Shown in pieces: positions 38,010 through 48,276 of a stretch of DNA of 64,000 bases. Origin of the DNA: a bacterium (lineage in GTDB: Bacteria; UBA8248); the NCBI GenBank assembly GCA_965204535.1, contig CBDBEV010000001.1, positions 2,208,001-2,272,000 of the forward strand, read 5' to 3'. Position numbers and translations under genes: made by a program. Position 1 is the first letter of the stretch. Each line of letters starts with the position of its first letter. A model generated the notes under the pieces. That model ran no database searches and was not told where the DNA came from. It saw only the letters and a program-made list of their open reading frames with translations.

Positions 38010-39669
38010 GGCGAGCGGACACGTCGATACGTTCGCCCGAGACAACCTGCCGCCGCAATCCCTGTGGCCGGAGATGGACTACGGCGTCCTGCCGGAGTTG
38101 GCCGCCTATCCGGCGCGGATCAACGCGGGCGTAGAGTTGATAGACAAGATGGCCGTGGGCGATCAGGCCGCGCGGCCTGCGATTTATTACGGCGAGGCGC
38201 TTTGGAGCTATCGCGACCTTTTGGAGAACGCGGGCCGCATCGCCTCGGTGATGACCGAGCGCTTCGGCCTCGTGCCCGGAAACCGCGTGCTTCTTCGCGC
38301 CTCGAACCATCCCACCCTCGTGGCCGCGTGCCTCGGGGTGTTGAAGGCGGGCGGCGTCGTGATTCCGACCATGCCGGTGATGCGCGAGCGTGAACTGGCT
38401 TACGTGATCGAAAAGGCGTGGGTCGGCTTCGCGATTTGCGACGAAAAGCTAAGTGCAGATTTGCTCGCCGCGGCCGGGTCCTCCGAATCCCTGGAGAACA
38501 TCGTTCTCTTTGGCAGTGATGGGCCAGACAGCCTGGAAGCCCTGATGGCCGAAGCCCCGCCAGAGTTCCAAAACGCGGATACGGCGGCGGACGACGTGGC
38601 CCTCATCGGCTTCACCTCGGGCTCGACGGGCACGCCCAAGGGCACCGTGCATTTCCACCGCGACCTGCTTGCCGTGGCGGACACGTTTCCCAAATACCTC
38701 TTCGGCCTCGGCCCCCAGGACGTCGTTTGCGGCAGCCCGCAGATCGCCTTTTTGTACGGGTTTTGCGCCTTCATCACCGACGCCCTGCGCTTCGGGGCGT
38801 CCTCGGTCCTGCTGGAAAGAGGGACGCCGCGCGATCTGCTCGAAGCCATAGATAAGTACAGGGGGACGGTGTGCTTCAGCACGCCCTCGGGCTACAAGCA
38901 GATGCTCGACATCGCGGAAGGTTATGACCTCCGCAGCCTGCGCGCCTGCATTGCGGGGGGAGAGCCTCTCGAGCCTTTCGTGTTCCGCGAATGGCGCGAG
39001 CGGACGGGCGTCTCGATCATCAACGGCCTCGGCATCTCGGAGCTTTTGCACATCTTCATCTCGGCGAGCGGAGAAGACGTCCGCCCCGGAAAGATCGGCC
39101 GCGCGGTGCCCGGCTACGAGGTGCGCGTGGTGGATGAGGAAATGCGCGATACGCCGCCCGGCGAGGTGGGGCAGATGATCGTCAAAGGCCCTACCGGGTG
39201 CCGCTATCTCGACGACATGGAGCGGCAGCGGGGCTACGTGCGGGAGGGCTGGAACATGACGGGCGACCTCTGCCGCGTCGACGCGGAGGGATATATCTCC
39301 TTCGAGGCGCGAACCGATGACATGATCAACACCGGGGGGTACAACGTCTCGGGCCTCGAAGTCGAGGCCGTGCTGCTCGAACACCCCGAGGTGCGCGAGT
39401 GCGCGGTGGTCGGTTCGCCGAACGCGGAGCGCGGGGAGATCGTGAAGGCGTTCGTCGTTCTCTCGGGCACCGCCGAAGCAGACACGGACGAAGCGCAGGA
39501 CGCGCTGGTCCGGGAGCTTCAGGATTTCGTGAAAGCCCAGCTCGCACCCTATAAATACCCGAGAGCGGTGGAGTTTTTGGAAAGCCTGCCTCTCACGGCC
39601 ACGGGCAAGATACAACGCGGCGCTCTTCGCAAGCTGGAGAAAGAGCGCGCGGGGGCCGGGGCGGGCTGA
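37999..39669 (+). CDS. AMP-dependent CoA ligase, 2-aminobenzoate/benzoate-CoA ligase-like
   Basis: SGHVDTFARDNLPP...WP N-terminus, FTSGSTGTPKGTVHFHRD, GISELLHIFIS, KGPTGCRYL, APYKYPR, TGKIQR. Confidence 0.85.
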   Translation: MSAEASGHVDTFARDNLPPQSLWPEMDYGVLPELAAYPARINAGVELIDKMAVGDQAARPAIYYGEALWSYRDLLENAGRIASVMTERFGLVPGNRVLLRASNHPTLVAACLGVLKAGGVVIPTMPVMRERELAYVIEKAWVGFAICDEKLSADLLAAAGSSESLENIVLFGSDGPDSLEALMAEAPPEFQNADTAADDVALIGFTSGSTGTPKGTVHFHRDLLAVADTFPKYLFGLGPQDVVCGSPQIAFLYGFCAFITDALRFGASSVLLERGTPRDLLEAIDKYRGTVCFSTPSGYKQMLDIAEGYDLRSLRACIAGGEPLEPFVFREWRERTGVSIINGLGISELLHIFISASGEDVRPGKIGRAVPGYEVRVVDEEMRDTPPGEVGQMIVKGPTGCRYLDDMERQRGYVREGWNMTGDLCRVDAEGYISFEARTDDMINTGGYNVSGLEVEAVLLEHPEVRECAVVGSPNAERGEIVKAFVVLSGTAEADTDEAQDALVRELQDFVKAQLAPYKYPRAVEFLESLPLTATGKIQRGALRKLEKERAGAGAG

Positions 39670-39804
39670 CGCATCGCGCAGGCTTCACCGCCATGGCCGG
39701 TTGCGCCCGGTGGTTTTTCGCTCATCCGGGGAAATTCCGGCGGCGTCTCACTTTGAAAACGGGAACGTCGCGAAGGCGGGATATGAAACCGGCGGGTTCC
39801 GGCC

Positions 39805-40335
39805 TCAGCTTCCGGTGCGCTCGATGAGCACCTTTTGCCCTTCGATGAGCGCCCTGAACCCGGCTCTGCTTTCCCCCTGTTCTTCGACGAGCGCCCTGAG
39901 GGCGGACGTGCTTTCCCTGAGCGCGGACGTGCTTTCCTCATGTCCTTTGATGAACGCTCTGAACCCGGCTCTGCTTTCCTCGTGCTCTTCGATGAGCGCT
40001 CTGAACCCGGCTCTGCTTTCTCCCTGCTCTTCGACGAGCGCCTTGAGCGCGGATGTGCCTTCCCTGAGCGCGGCCCTGCTTTCCTCATGTTCTTTGATGA
40101 ACGCCCTGAACCCGGCCCTGCCTTCCTTATTCTCTTCGATGAGAACCTTGAGCGCATTCCTGCTCTCTTTCATCTCCTCTATGCTTTCATCGATCTTCCG
40201 CATGTTTTCTTCATGGCGGCGGATGCTCTCGCGCTCCCTGGATTCCGTGCCGCGCTGCATCTGCAGGATCCCGTAGAATATCAAGCCGAGGCCGATGTAT
40301 TGCCCGATGAGGCTGTAGGTTTCATACGGGGTCAT
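39805..40335 (-). CDS. Single-TM protein with heptad-based (14/21-aa) coiled-coil tandem repeats
   Basis: Start MTPYETY after GGAG; short TM segment; repeats SRAGFRALIEEHEE; ends LIERTGS. Confidence 0.78.
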   Translation of the reverse strand: MTPYETYSLIGQYIGLGLIFYGILQMQRGTESRERESIRRHEENMRKIDESIEEMKESRNALKVLIEENKEGRAGFRAFIKEHEESRAALREGTSALKALVEEQGESRAGFRALIEEHEESRAGFRAFIKGHEESTSALRESTSALRALVEEQGESRAGFRALIEGQKVLIERTGS

Positions 40336-40522
40336 GCGCCTTTCTCCACCTCTTCGCCGCGCCGTTTTCGGTCGTGGCTTCGCGTCGGCCGGCCTTTTCC
40401 GTCCATCGGGGTCCGCAGCCGTTTCGCTTCCCCCGGTTGCCAAGATACTAAAGTCTCATAAGGCTTCAGAAGGTGTCAAGACCATAATTGAACGATCGGT
40501 TTAACTGTCCACTGCCCACCCA

Positions 40523-40766
40523 GAGGTTGTTGAAAAAGCCTCCTCCTGAGGGGATAAAGGCAACCCCCCCTACCCCCCCTTGACAGGGGGGTATGAAAAG
40601 GCGACGCCCGCCGCCGGTAGAGGGTTTTTTTCTTGCCCCCCTGACAAGGGGGGGTAGGGGGGGTTGGTTTTCAAGGCGAGAGCCTGCGCCTCCGCCCGGT
40701 TTCGGGTTTTCGCCGGAATGACGGGGGTGGTCAATTCCGACCGAGGATGACTTTTTCAACAACCCC
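40523..40766. mobile_element. MITE-like element with 18-bp terminal inverted repeats enclosing two CCCCCCT..AGGGGGG palindromes
   Basis: GAGGTTGTTGAAAAAGCC ... GACTTTTTCAACAACCCC (2 mismatches); no coding capacity. Confidence 0.7.
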
Positions 40767-40985
40767 TCTCCCGTCTTGCGGCGGTTTTGATAAACATGGT
40801 ATTCTCTCTCATTATATTCATCATAAAATCATTCAATGCTCTTTCGGTATTACTGTATTTCCTGTGCAGAGGAATCGAAGGAGAGCCATATTTTCCCGAC
40901 ACATTCGGTGCGCCCCGTCTCGGGGCGTTGATTGAGTCCATGACGCAAGCCGCGAATCCTGCGGCCCAGAGGGGAGGCTGAAATC

Positions 40986-42032
40986 GTGGATAACAGAACG
41001 AACGTACGGGGTCTCATTTTCAAATCGGTATTGGCGGTTATTCTGGGAGTGGCGCTCGTCTTCACGGCCGCCACGCCTTCGGAGTCGGCCGTCAAGCGGG
41101 TCGTCATCACCCAGGCGGTCGAGAGCCTCGCCTTCGTCAGCAACTACGTGGCGCGCGCGAACGGCTATTTCGCCGAGGAGGGTCTGGCGGCCGAGGTCAT
41201 CTCCACGCGGGGCGGCGGGCCGGACATCAAGGCCAACCTCGCGGGCCAGGCGGATTTCTCCATCGCGGCGGGAACCTACCAGATCAACGCCGTCAAGGCG
41301 GGCGGCGCCCTCATTGCGGTAATGAGCTGTCTCAACCGCAGCATCGTCAACTCCGCCATCCGCACAGACGTCGCCAAGAAGCTCGGCATCACCGCCAAGA
41401 CGCCCTACAAGGAAAAGATCAAGAAGATGAAGGGCCTGACCGTGGGCGCCACGCGCCCCGGCGCGCTCACCTACAACCAGGGCGAATACTGGATCCGCCA
41501 GGCCGGCTACACGCCCAACAAAGAGGTGAAGCTCATCGGCGCGGGCGCGGGCCCGGTGCTCGTCGCAGCGCTGCAGCGCAACAAGATTCAGATAGCGATC
41601 CAGACGATTCCCGTGCCGGAGACGGCCATATTCAAGGGCATCGGCATTCCCTTCGTCACGAACTCCGCGGGCGATGACCCGGAGATGGACCAGTTCATGA
41701 TGGAGGTCCTGCTCGTGCGGCCCGATTACGCGAAGAAAAACCCCGAGACCGTCCGCAAGGTGGTCCGGGCGCTTCTCAAGGCCAACAACTGGATCGCCAA
41801 GCACAGCGCGGAGGATATTCGCAAGAAGATCCAGCTTTACTTCGCCAAGACCGACAAGAACCTGCTGCGCGTGAGCATCGAGGCGGTGAAGACGGCCGTC
41901 TCGCTCGACGGGAAAATCACCCAGCGCGCGGTGGACATCACGCAGAACCTGCTCATCGCGGCGGGCAAGCTCAAGAAGGCGTTCCCCAGGAGCACCCTGG
42001 TGACGGACGAATATCTGCCCGGCAAGATGTGA
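40986..42032 (+). CDS. NitT/TauT (SsuA/THI5-like) ABC substrate-binding protein
   Basis: Signal peptide, VARANGYFAEEGL, YAKKNPETVRKVVRAL. Confidence 0.88.
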   Translation: MDNRTNVRGLIFKSVLAVILGVALVFTAATPSESAVKRVVITQAVESLAFVSNYVARANGYFAEEGLAAEVISTRGGGPDIKANLAGQADFSIAAGTYQINAVKAGGALIAVMSCLNRSIVNSAIRTDVAKKLGITAKTPYKEKIKKMKGLTVGATRPGALTYNQGEYWIRQAGYTPNKEVKLIGAGAGPVLVAALQRNKIQIAIQTIPVPETAIFKGIGIPFVTNSAGDDPEMDQFMMEVLLVRPDYAKKNPETVRKVVRALLKANNWIAKHSAEDIRKKIQLYFAKTDKNLLRVSIEAVKTAVSLDGKITQRAVDITQNLLIAAGKLKKAFPRSTLVTDEYLPGKM

Positions 42033-42109
42033 GCGATAACTTCCGACTCTGAAAATCGCCGGGGAGGGGCCGCCATCCGCCTCTCCCCGGCGTTGGAGAT
42101 TCATACGCC

Positions 42110-42913
42110 GTGCCTCCAATTCTCACGATCAAGAACCTGCAAAAAGAATTCTTCTCGCGTGGAAACCGCGTGCTCGCCGTCGAGGATTTGAGCCTCGAGA
42201 TCGAAGAGGGCGAGTTCCTCACCATCGTGGGGCCGAGCGGCTGCGGGAAGTCCACGCTGCTGAACTGCATCATCGGGCTGGTGCACCCCACTTCGGGCGT
42301 CATCACCTACAAGGACAGGAAGCTTCACGGCATCAACACCGATATCGGCTACGTGCCGCAGTCGGACTATCTCTACCAATGGCGCACGCTCATCAACAAC
42401 GTCGCCTTTCCGCTGGAGATGCGCGGCGTCGATCAGAAGACCCGCCACGAAAAGGCGCGCGAACTCATCCAGCGCGTCGGCCTCGCGGGGTTCGAGGATC
42501 ACTACCCACACGAACTCTCGGGCGGAATGCGCCAGCGGGCCAACATCATACGCACTCTTATTTACGACCCGGAAGTCATCCTGATGGACGAGCCGTTCGG
42601 GCCGCTCGACGCCCAGACGCGGATCATCCTTCAGGACCAGCTTCTGAAACTCTGGCGCGAGGCGCGGAAGACCGTCATCTTCATTACGCACGATCTCGTC
42701 GAGGCCATCGCCCTGGCCGACAGGGTCGTCGTCATGACGAGCCGGCCCGGCAACTTGAGGAGCGTCGCCGAAGTGGACATCCCGCGTCCGCGCGACGTGT
42801 TCACCATCCACAGCGAGGAATCGTTCCGCAAAACCTACGACCAGCTGTGGCAGGAATTGCGCGAGGAGGTCCAGCGCAGCGAAGATTGGATGAAAAACGG
42901 GTCCGCCGGTTAA
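42110..42913 (+). CDS. NitT/TauT ABC ATP-binding protein
   Basis: [39 protein letters not shown]. Confidence 0.93.
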   Translation: MPPILTIKNLQKEFFSRGNRVLAVEDLSLEIEEGEFLTIVGPSGCGKSTLLNCIIGLVHPTSGVITYKDRKLHGINTDIGYVPQSDYLYQWRTLINNVAFPLEMRGVDQKTRHEKARELIQRVGLAGFEDHYPHELSGGMRQRANIIRTLIYDPEVILMDEPFGPLDAQTRIILQDQLLKLWREARKTVIFITHDLVEAIALADRVVVMTSRPGNLRSVAEVDIPRPRDVFTIHSEESFRKTYDQLWQELREEVQRSEDWMKNGSAG

Positions 42914-42938
42914 ACGAGCGGATGAGAGGGGGAACCCC

Positions 42939-44036
42939 ATGGTCGACATGATCGATAAAGAGGCGAGTGAGGACAAGGGAGTGGACGAACCCGAACAGAG
43001 TGCTCAGGAGGCTCCCGCCCGCGTCCGGTTGCCCAAGCTGGGCGAGATCCTCCTGACGATTCCCTTGCCGGGCGTACCCCAGATCTGGCGGGGCGATTAC
43101 CTGATTGGCGCGCTCCTGCTGGGCCTCACCGCGGCCGGCTACATGATGTGCTCCGTCACGGGCATGTTCTTCCACGCCATCGCGTTCGTGGACGTCTCCA
43201 TCACGCACACCGGCCGCATCATCAAGAACTCGCGCCTGCGCATGTTCGCCTACCGGGCCTCGTTCGCGATCGGCTTTCTGGCGATGTGGGAACTCAGCGC
43301 ATGGGAACTCGGCCCCAAGCAATGGCTCTGCGTCGATCCCTTCTGGTTCGGTTCGCCCCTGCGCGTCATGGACTATATGGTGGAGATAACGCTCTCGGGC
43401 AGCCTGTTCATCGACACGTGGACGACGATGTACGAGGCGTTCCTGGGTTACGTCCTGGGCGCGGCGCTCGGCATCGCCCTGGGCTTCATACTGGCGCGTC
43501 TGGAGACGCTGGCCGAGATACTCGACCCCTTCATCGTCGCGGTGAACGGCATTCCGCGCGTGGCGATGGCGCCGATTCTCATCATCTGGTTCGGCATCGG
43601 TGTGGAGTCGAAGATCGTGCTGGCGGTGAGCCTCGTGTTGTTCCTCACCTTCATGAACACCTACTCGGGCTTGAGAGGCGTGGACCCGAACCTCAAGAAT
43701 CTGGCGCAGGTGATGGGCGCGAACGAGATGCAGGTTCTCTGGAAGGTCACGCTGCCCGCCGCGATGCCCTGGATATTGACGGGCCTCAAGATAGGCGTTC
43801 CCTTCGCCATCATCGGGGCCATCCTGGGCGAGTTCATGGCGGCGAGCAAGGGGCTGGGCTTCATGATCCAGCACACGAGCAACCTGTTCAACATCGCGGG
43901 TTCGTTCGCGGGCCTCATCCTGCTCATGTTCATCGTGCTGATCGCCAACGCGGCGGTGAACTGGCTCGAGCGCTATCTCCTGCGCTGGCGGCCGAAGCAG
44001 CAGGCCGCCGGCGAGGGCGCGACGGACGTGTATTAG
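42939..44036 (+). CDS. NitT/TauT ABC permease with N-terminal extension
   Basis: IPRVAMAPILIIWFGIG, GEFMAASKGLG. Confidence 0.9.
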   Translation: MVDMIDKEASEDKGVDEPEQSAQEAPARVRLPKLGEILLTIPLPGVPQIWRGDYLIGALLLGLTAAGYMMCSVTGMFFHAIAFVDVSITHTGRIIKNSRLRMFAYRASFAIGFLAMWELSAWELGPKQWLCVDPFWFGSPLRVMDYMVEITLSGSLFIDTWTTMYEAFLGYVLGAALGIALGFILARLETLAEILDPFIVAVNGIPRVAMAPILIIWFGIGVESKIVLAVSLVLFLTFMNTYSGLRGVDPNLKNLAQVMGANEMQVLWKVTLPAAMPWILTGLKIGVPFAIIGAILGEFMAASKGLGFMIQHTSNLFNIAGSFAGLILLMFIVLIANAAVNWLERYLLRWRPKQQAAGEGATDVY

Positions 44037-44067
44037 GGTTTCCGGCTCGTATTCTTTCTGATTGGTC

Positions 44068-44645
44068 GCAGGGGCGGACCGATGTGTCCGCCCTGGTTGT
44101 CGTGCATGCTGCACCTGTAGGGGTTGTTGAATAAGTCCCCCGCCGAGGGAAAATTTGTTTGTGTGTAGGTCGGACATATATGTCCGACATACATGCGACC
44201 CTGCTTTTTTTCACCTACTACAAGGGCCGCATGTATGCGGCCCCTACACTCCCTTCGGCAAGTCGGAATCCCGTTGCCGTCATTGCGGGGTTTTTCAACG
44301 GCCCCCTGTAGGGGCGACCTCCTCCTCGGGGGCGCCCCACAGTTCGCGAAACGCCCCTGCGCTTTTGGTCGTCATTCCGGCGCATGCCGGAATCCAGAAC
44401 CGATGAGAGAACCAGAGATCGAGGGAATCCCGCCGCCTCTGACGGATTGCCGAGCACTCGCCTTTTATCCATTCTCGTCCGCTCTGGATTCCGTCGAACA
44501 CTCCCTCCTCGGTCGGGTCCGACACCGGAATGACGGCAATCTGCAATTCGGGACCTATGGGGGGCGGAAACCGTAGGGACAGGTCGCGACCTGTCCTTAC
44601 AATTTCATCGCACCTGCCGTAGGGACAACCCCCCGTGGTTGTCCG
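44068..44645. repeat. Mosaic nest of GTAG-type REPs, a MITE-like unit (44120-44305) and a GTCATTCCGG...CCGGAATGAC palindromic element (about 44370-44535)
   Basis: Several distinct (G/T)TAGGG-stem-CCCTAC palindromes; unit 44370-44535 is an inverted copy of 52729-52870. Confidence 0.85.
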
Positions 44646-44650
44646 TTTTT

Positions 44651-45442
44651 CTATTCCCCCGCCTCCGGCGGCCAGGGCGTGACGCCGATTTCTCCGCGCA
44701 TCAGGCGGCGGAACGCGACCCGCCGCCGGATATCGCGCGAGACGGCGCTCACGACGCGCCGCCACGCCACGTACAGCACGCCGTCGGCACGTCTTTGTTC
44801 TTTACGTGAAAGCGCGCGATAGCGTTCGATCTGGGAATCGCCTTGCTCATCTTCCGAGACGACGGGGGGATCGATATAATATACGTTCAGCCCGTTTTCC
44901 CAGAAACGAGGGATGGCTTGGTCGATCTCCCACATCATAATAGGTGTGTTCTCAAGAAAATGGCGGGCCGCCTCGCGCGTGATGACGTAGCCTTCATTCC
45001 CGTAGTCGTGGTAGCGCACCCGGCCGACTTGGTGCCCAGTTTCCATGCGCTCGCAGGGAATGAAGGTTCTGGACGAGCGCCGGTTCAGCTTGACGACGTC
45101 GAAGGCGAACGGCCTGCGCTCGAGCGCGTCCAGCACCTCGGGCAAGTCTACCGATAACACGGCGTCATCCTCGAAGACCGCCGCTGTTTCCGGACCGTTC
45201 TCGACGATTTCCCGCATCACCTGCCGCTGGCTTAGCCAGTTGGCGATGGAGCCGTCGGCCTGGGGCCAGAGTCCCAGGCGCCGCCTGGTTTCCCTGTCGA
45301 CTTGGGCGTAGTGCTCCGGCGTGAGTTCTCGGGCGTCGACGGCTCGGTGAAACGTCGCCTCAAGCCCCAGCGATGCGAATTGTTCCTCCATCCGGCGACG
45401 GCGCTCGCAGGCCCTTTCGAGATTGATGACGAACGCTTTCAT
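44651..45442 (-). CDS. Glycosyltransferase family 25
   Basis: MKAFVINLERACERR, AVDAREL, VFEDDA, GYVITREAA. Confidence 0.9.
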   Translation of the reverse strand: MKAFVINLERACERRRRMEEQFASLGLEATFHRAVDARELTPEHYAQVDRETRRRLGLWPQADGSIANWLSQRQVMREIVENGPETAAVFEDDAVLSVDLPEVLDALERRPFAFDVVKLNRRSSRTFIPCERMETGHQVGRVRYHDYGNEGYVITREAARHFLENTPIMMWEIDQAIPRFWENGLNVYYIDPPVVSEDEQGDSQIERYRALSRKEQRRADGVLYVAWRRVVSAVSRDIRRRVAFRRLMRGEIGVTPWPPEAGE

Positions 45443-45516
45443 GGTCGGGTCCCCTCGTGTCGGCGAATCTTTCTCGTGTGCCGCCGGACGATTCTGACGC
45501 ATATCCTCCCGAATTA

Positions 45517-46707
45517 TCAAAGCGCTTGGCGGCGTTTGCGCACCAGGTCGAGGATCAGGCGCTCGTACTGATCGATCGAGGCGTCGAAGGAGAACTCCTG
45601 CGCCCTGGCGAGCAACGCCTCTTTATCCGGCGGGGAATCGAGAACGCGCTCCATGGCCGCCGCAAGCGCGGAATCATCCCCCACCGGAACGAGCGGGCCG
45701 AACCGACCATTATCGAGGATTTCCGACGCGCCGGCTTGGCAGTTCGTGCTGACGCACGGGCAGCCGCACGCCATCGCCTCGATCAGGACAGTGGGCAGAC
45801 CTTCATACCTGGAAGAAAGAACGAACAGCGAGGCGCGGCTCATGAAGGCGTAAGGATTCGAGGCCCAACCGGGCAGAGACACTTTTGCTTCCACCCCCAA
45901 TTTGCGGGTCATTTTCTCCAGCCTCTTCCGCCATCTCCCTTCACCGAGAATGATCAGGCGGGCATCGCGATTTTTGGAGATTCGGGCAAACGCGCGCAAC
46001 AGGGTCGGATAATCCTTGACCCGAGCCAGCCGACCGGCGCTCAAGATAACCGGGGGTCCGTTGTCCAGCATCCAGGGATGATCTGGAACGGCGCGAGCCA
46101 ACTTATCAATTTCCGCGATGTCAGCCGGATTGTAGATTCGGGTTATTTTATTCCGGGGGATTCCAAGCTTGAGGGCGAGGTTGTCGGCAACGCCGTCCGA
46201 TACGGCGACAATATGATCCGCCGTGGGGAATAGAATCGCATAGAGCTTGCGGAATCTGCGCTTTCTGTTCATGAGGACGCTGTGCACTGTCGGGATTGTA
46301 ACGGGGTTCAGCTTAGTGAAACCTAGCGCTAGCAGCGCCGCCGATTTCGATCCGGGGAGAGAAGGGAGGATGAAGTCCGGTTCTTTATCGTCGATATAGG
46401 CGGTCACGGAACGGGCGTCGCCCAGTAAATCTCTTCGTAAAAATTTCAGTATTCTGAAACCGAAGCGCCGCGCGAGGTGCACGCGGTCTCGAAAGTCATT
46501 TATCGGTTCTTGTTTCAATACGAACCGGCGCGCCCCGTCAGGGACTTCATTTGCGAGCGTATCTGTTTCCTTAAACTGGAGGAGGTCTACCGTATATCCG
46601 CGTTCAACCAGCCCGCGCGCCAATCTCAGTACGGAGCGTTCCGCGCCGCCGCCGCCCAAGTGAGGAATGGCGAGAACAATTCGCAAGGATTCTTTAGGTT
46701 CGCTCAT
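45517..46707 (-). CDS. Glycosyltransferase family 4 (GT-B)
   Basis: LGGGGAER, GRLARVKD, SSRYEGLPTVLIEAMACG. Confidence 0.93.
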   Translation of the reverse strand: MSEPKESLRIVLAIPHLGGGGAERSVLRLARGLVERGYTVDLLQFKETDTLANEVPDGARRFVLKQEPINDFRDRVHLARRFGFRILKFLRRDLLGDARSVTAYIDDKEPDFILPSLPGSKSAALLALGFTKLNPVTIPTVHSVLMNRKRRFRKLYAILFPTADHIVAVSDGVADNLALKLGIPRNKITRIYNPADIAEIDKLARAVPDHPWMLDNGPPVILSAGRLARVKDYPTLLRAFARISKNRDARLIILGEGRWRKRLEKMTRKLGVEAKVSLPGWASNPYAFMSRASLFVLSSRYEGLPTVLIEAMACGCPCVSTNCQAGASEILDNGRFGPLVPVGDDSALAAAMERVLDSPPDKEALLARAQEFSFDASIDQYERLILDLVRKRRQAL

Positions 46708-46731
46708 TTTTATAATGACCCTTGGGCATCC

Positions 46732-48240
46732 CTAACATTCATTTTTCCCTTTTATCAGCACATACGATATTTGAAAATTTCTGTCTGGAGCCCCGATCAA
46801 TGGTTTTGAAATCGTCTGCGCTGCGGGAATTTCTCGACCGCTGCGGTTTTTCTCCAATCGCATTGCCAACGCACGGGGCGCTGCATCGGGTTCGCCTCTC
46901 CAGATGCTCAAACAATCTACAGCCCCTCCAGGAACTGGAAGCTCTTGATCAAAATTGCGCGGAGCACGAACGAGGCTGTCAGGAAAGAGAATACTGAAAT
47001 TGCCAGCGATATCATGCCCGTCGGCGAAAATCACACCACCAGTAAAGCCACTGGCTTTCAAATCATCGGCAATCGCCGCAACAGGAATAAACTGGCGGCA
47101 GTTGGTGCATTGGTTTGGCCCAAATTCATTCAGCGCGAACCTCGCGCCGAGCGCCACCAGTGAAGCGCATGCAACGACAAGCAGATAGTTTCGTGCCCGA
47201 TTCCAGGCGGGCACCCCATCCAACCGCGCAAATGCCCATAGCGGGACGATAAACAACGGGACGTGAAACCACCGGGCTTTGACTTTTTCTGCGGCCAACA
47301 GGAAGAAAAGAGCAGCGATGGCCAGCATCCCGATTACGATGGTGCGAGCGAGTATCTTGCGATATCCGAACGGGTCGTCCTTTCGGGGTTTCGTCCATCG
47401 TAACAACTCCGGGATCGCGAGGGCCCCGAGGACGGGTAGAGATAGATATTCCAGAGTTTTGAGGATGGTGAGGCCGACAGCACATACTCGAAGCCATAGC
47501 CCGGCGCCGGCTGCATCCGCCTCCACCAGTTGTTCAGCAGAACCTAACGGTTCGAAGCCATTCTTGATTAGCCAATAAAGATGCGGCGAGGTAACTGCAA
47601 AACCCGCGATGAACAAGAGAAGAACACCCGGAAGACGCAACCTGTGTCTGACATCAGGTGATGTGAGTATTGTCATCAACCCCGCGGCGGCAAAGACGGC
47701 GAAGTTATACTTGGCCAGTATACCTGCAGCCAAAGCAATTCCAAGGAAGGCGTAGTCACGAAGCCTGCCGGATTCGACCACACGCGCATAAAAGTAAACG
47801 CTCGCGGCGATTGCAACAGCAAGCAGATTCGTATGGGTGAGGTCGTGATGGTTATAAAACGCTATCGTATAGAAAAGGAGATAGGAAAGAACACAAAGCG
47901 CCGCGCACCGTTGATCCGCAACGAACTTCCTTGCCGTAAGGTACAAAAAAAGAAAACACAGAAACTGAAGGAGATAACGCAGGATGGAATGAGCCACGAG
48001 ATTGTGGCCCGACACTTTGCTGACGGCAATCAGCAACCATGTATAGAGGGGCGGTTGCCTGAAACCATAACCTCCGGCCAGGGATTGCGCGTAAAGCGCC
48101 TGTTCCGCGTCATCAATGCCGAGAGTCGGTGACATCATGAAGCGAACGGCGGCATGCAGCAGCACATATGCGAGGATCCCGACGACCACCAGAAACGGAC
48201 TCACCAAAATCCTCGATGCTCGTTCAGGCCAGACACGCAT
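46732..48240 (-). CDS. ArnT/PMT-like (GT39/GT83) polyprenyl-sugar-dependent membrane glycosyltransferase
   Basis: DDAEQ, QPPLYTWL, GILAKYN, PHLYWL; multi-TM. Confidence 0.85.
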   Translation of the reverse strand: MRVWPERASRILVSPFLVVVGILAYVLLHAAVRFMMSPTLGIDDAEQALYAQSLAGGYGFRQPPLYTWLLIAVSKVSGHNLVAHSILRYLLQFLCFLFLYLTARKFVADQRCAALCVLSYLLFYTIAFYNHHDLTHTNLLAVAIAASVYFYARVVESGRLRDYAFLGIALAAGILAKYNFAVFAAAGLMTILTSPDVRHRLRLPGVLLLFIAGFAVTSPHLYWLIKNGFEPLGSAEQLVEADAAGAGLWLRVCAVGLTILKTLEYLSLPVLGALAIPELLRWTKPRKDDPFGYRKILARTIVIGMLAIAALFFLLAAEKVKARWFHVPLFIVPLWAFARLDGVPAWNRARNYLLVVACASLVALGARFALNEFGPNQCTNCRQFIPVAAIADDLKASGFTGGVIFADGHDIAGNFSILFPDSLVRAPRNFDQELPVPGGAVDCLSIWRGEPDAAPRALAMRLEKNRSGREIPAAQTISKPLIGAPDRNFQISYVLIKGKNEC

Positions 48241-48276
48241 CGTCGCGCAAATCCCTTTCGCAAAATACTATGGAAT

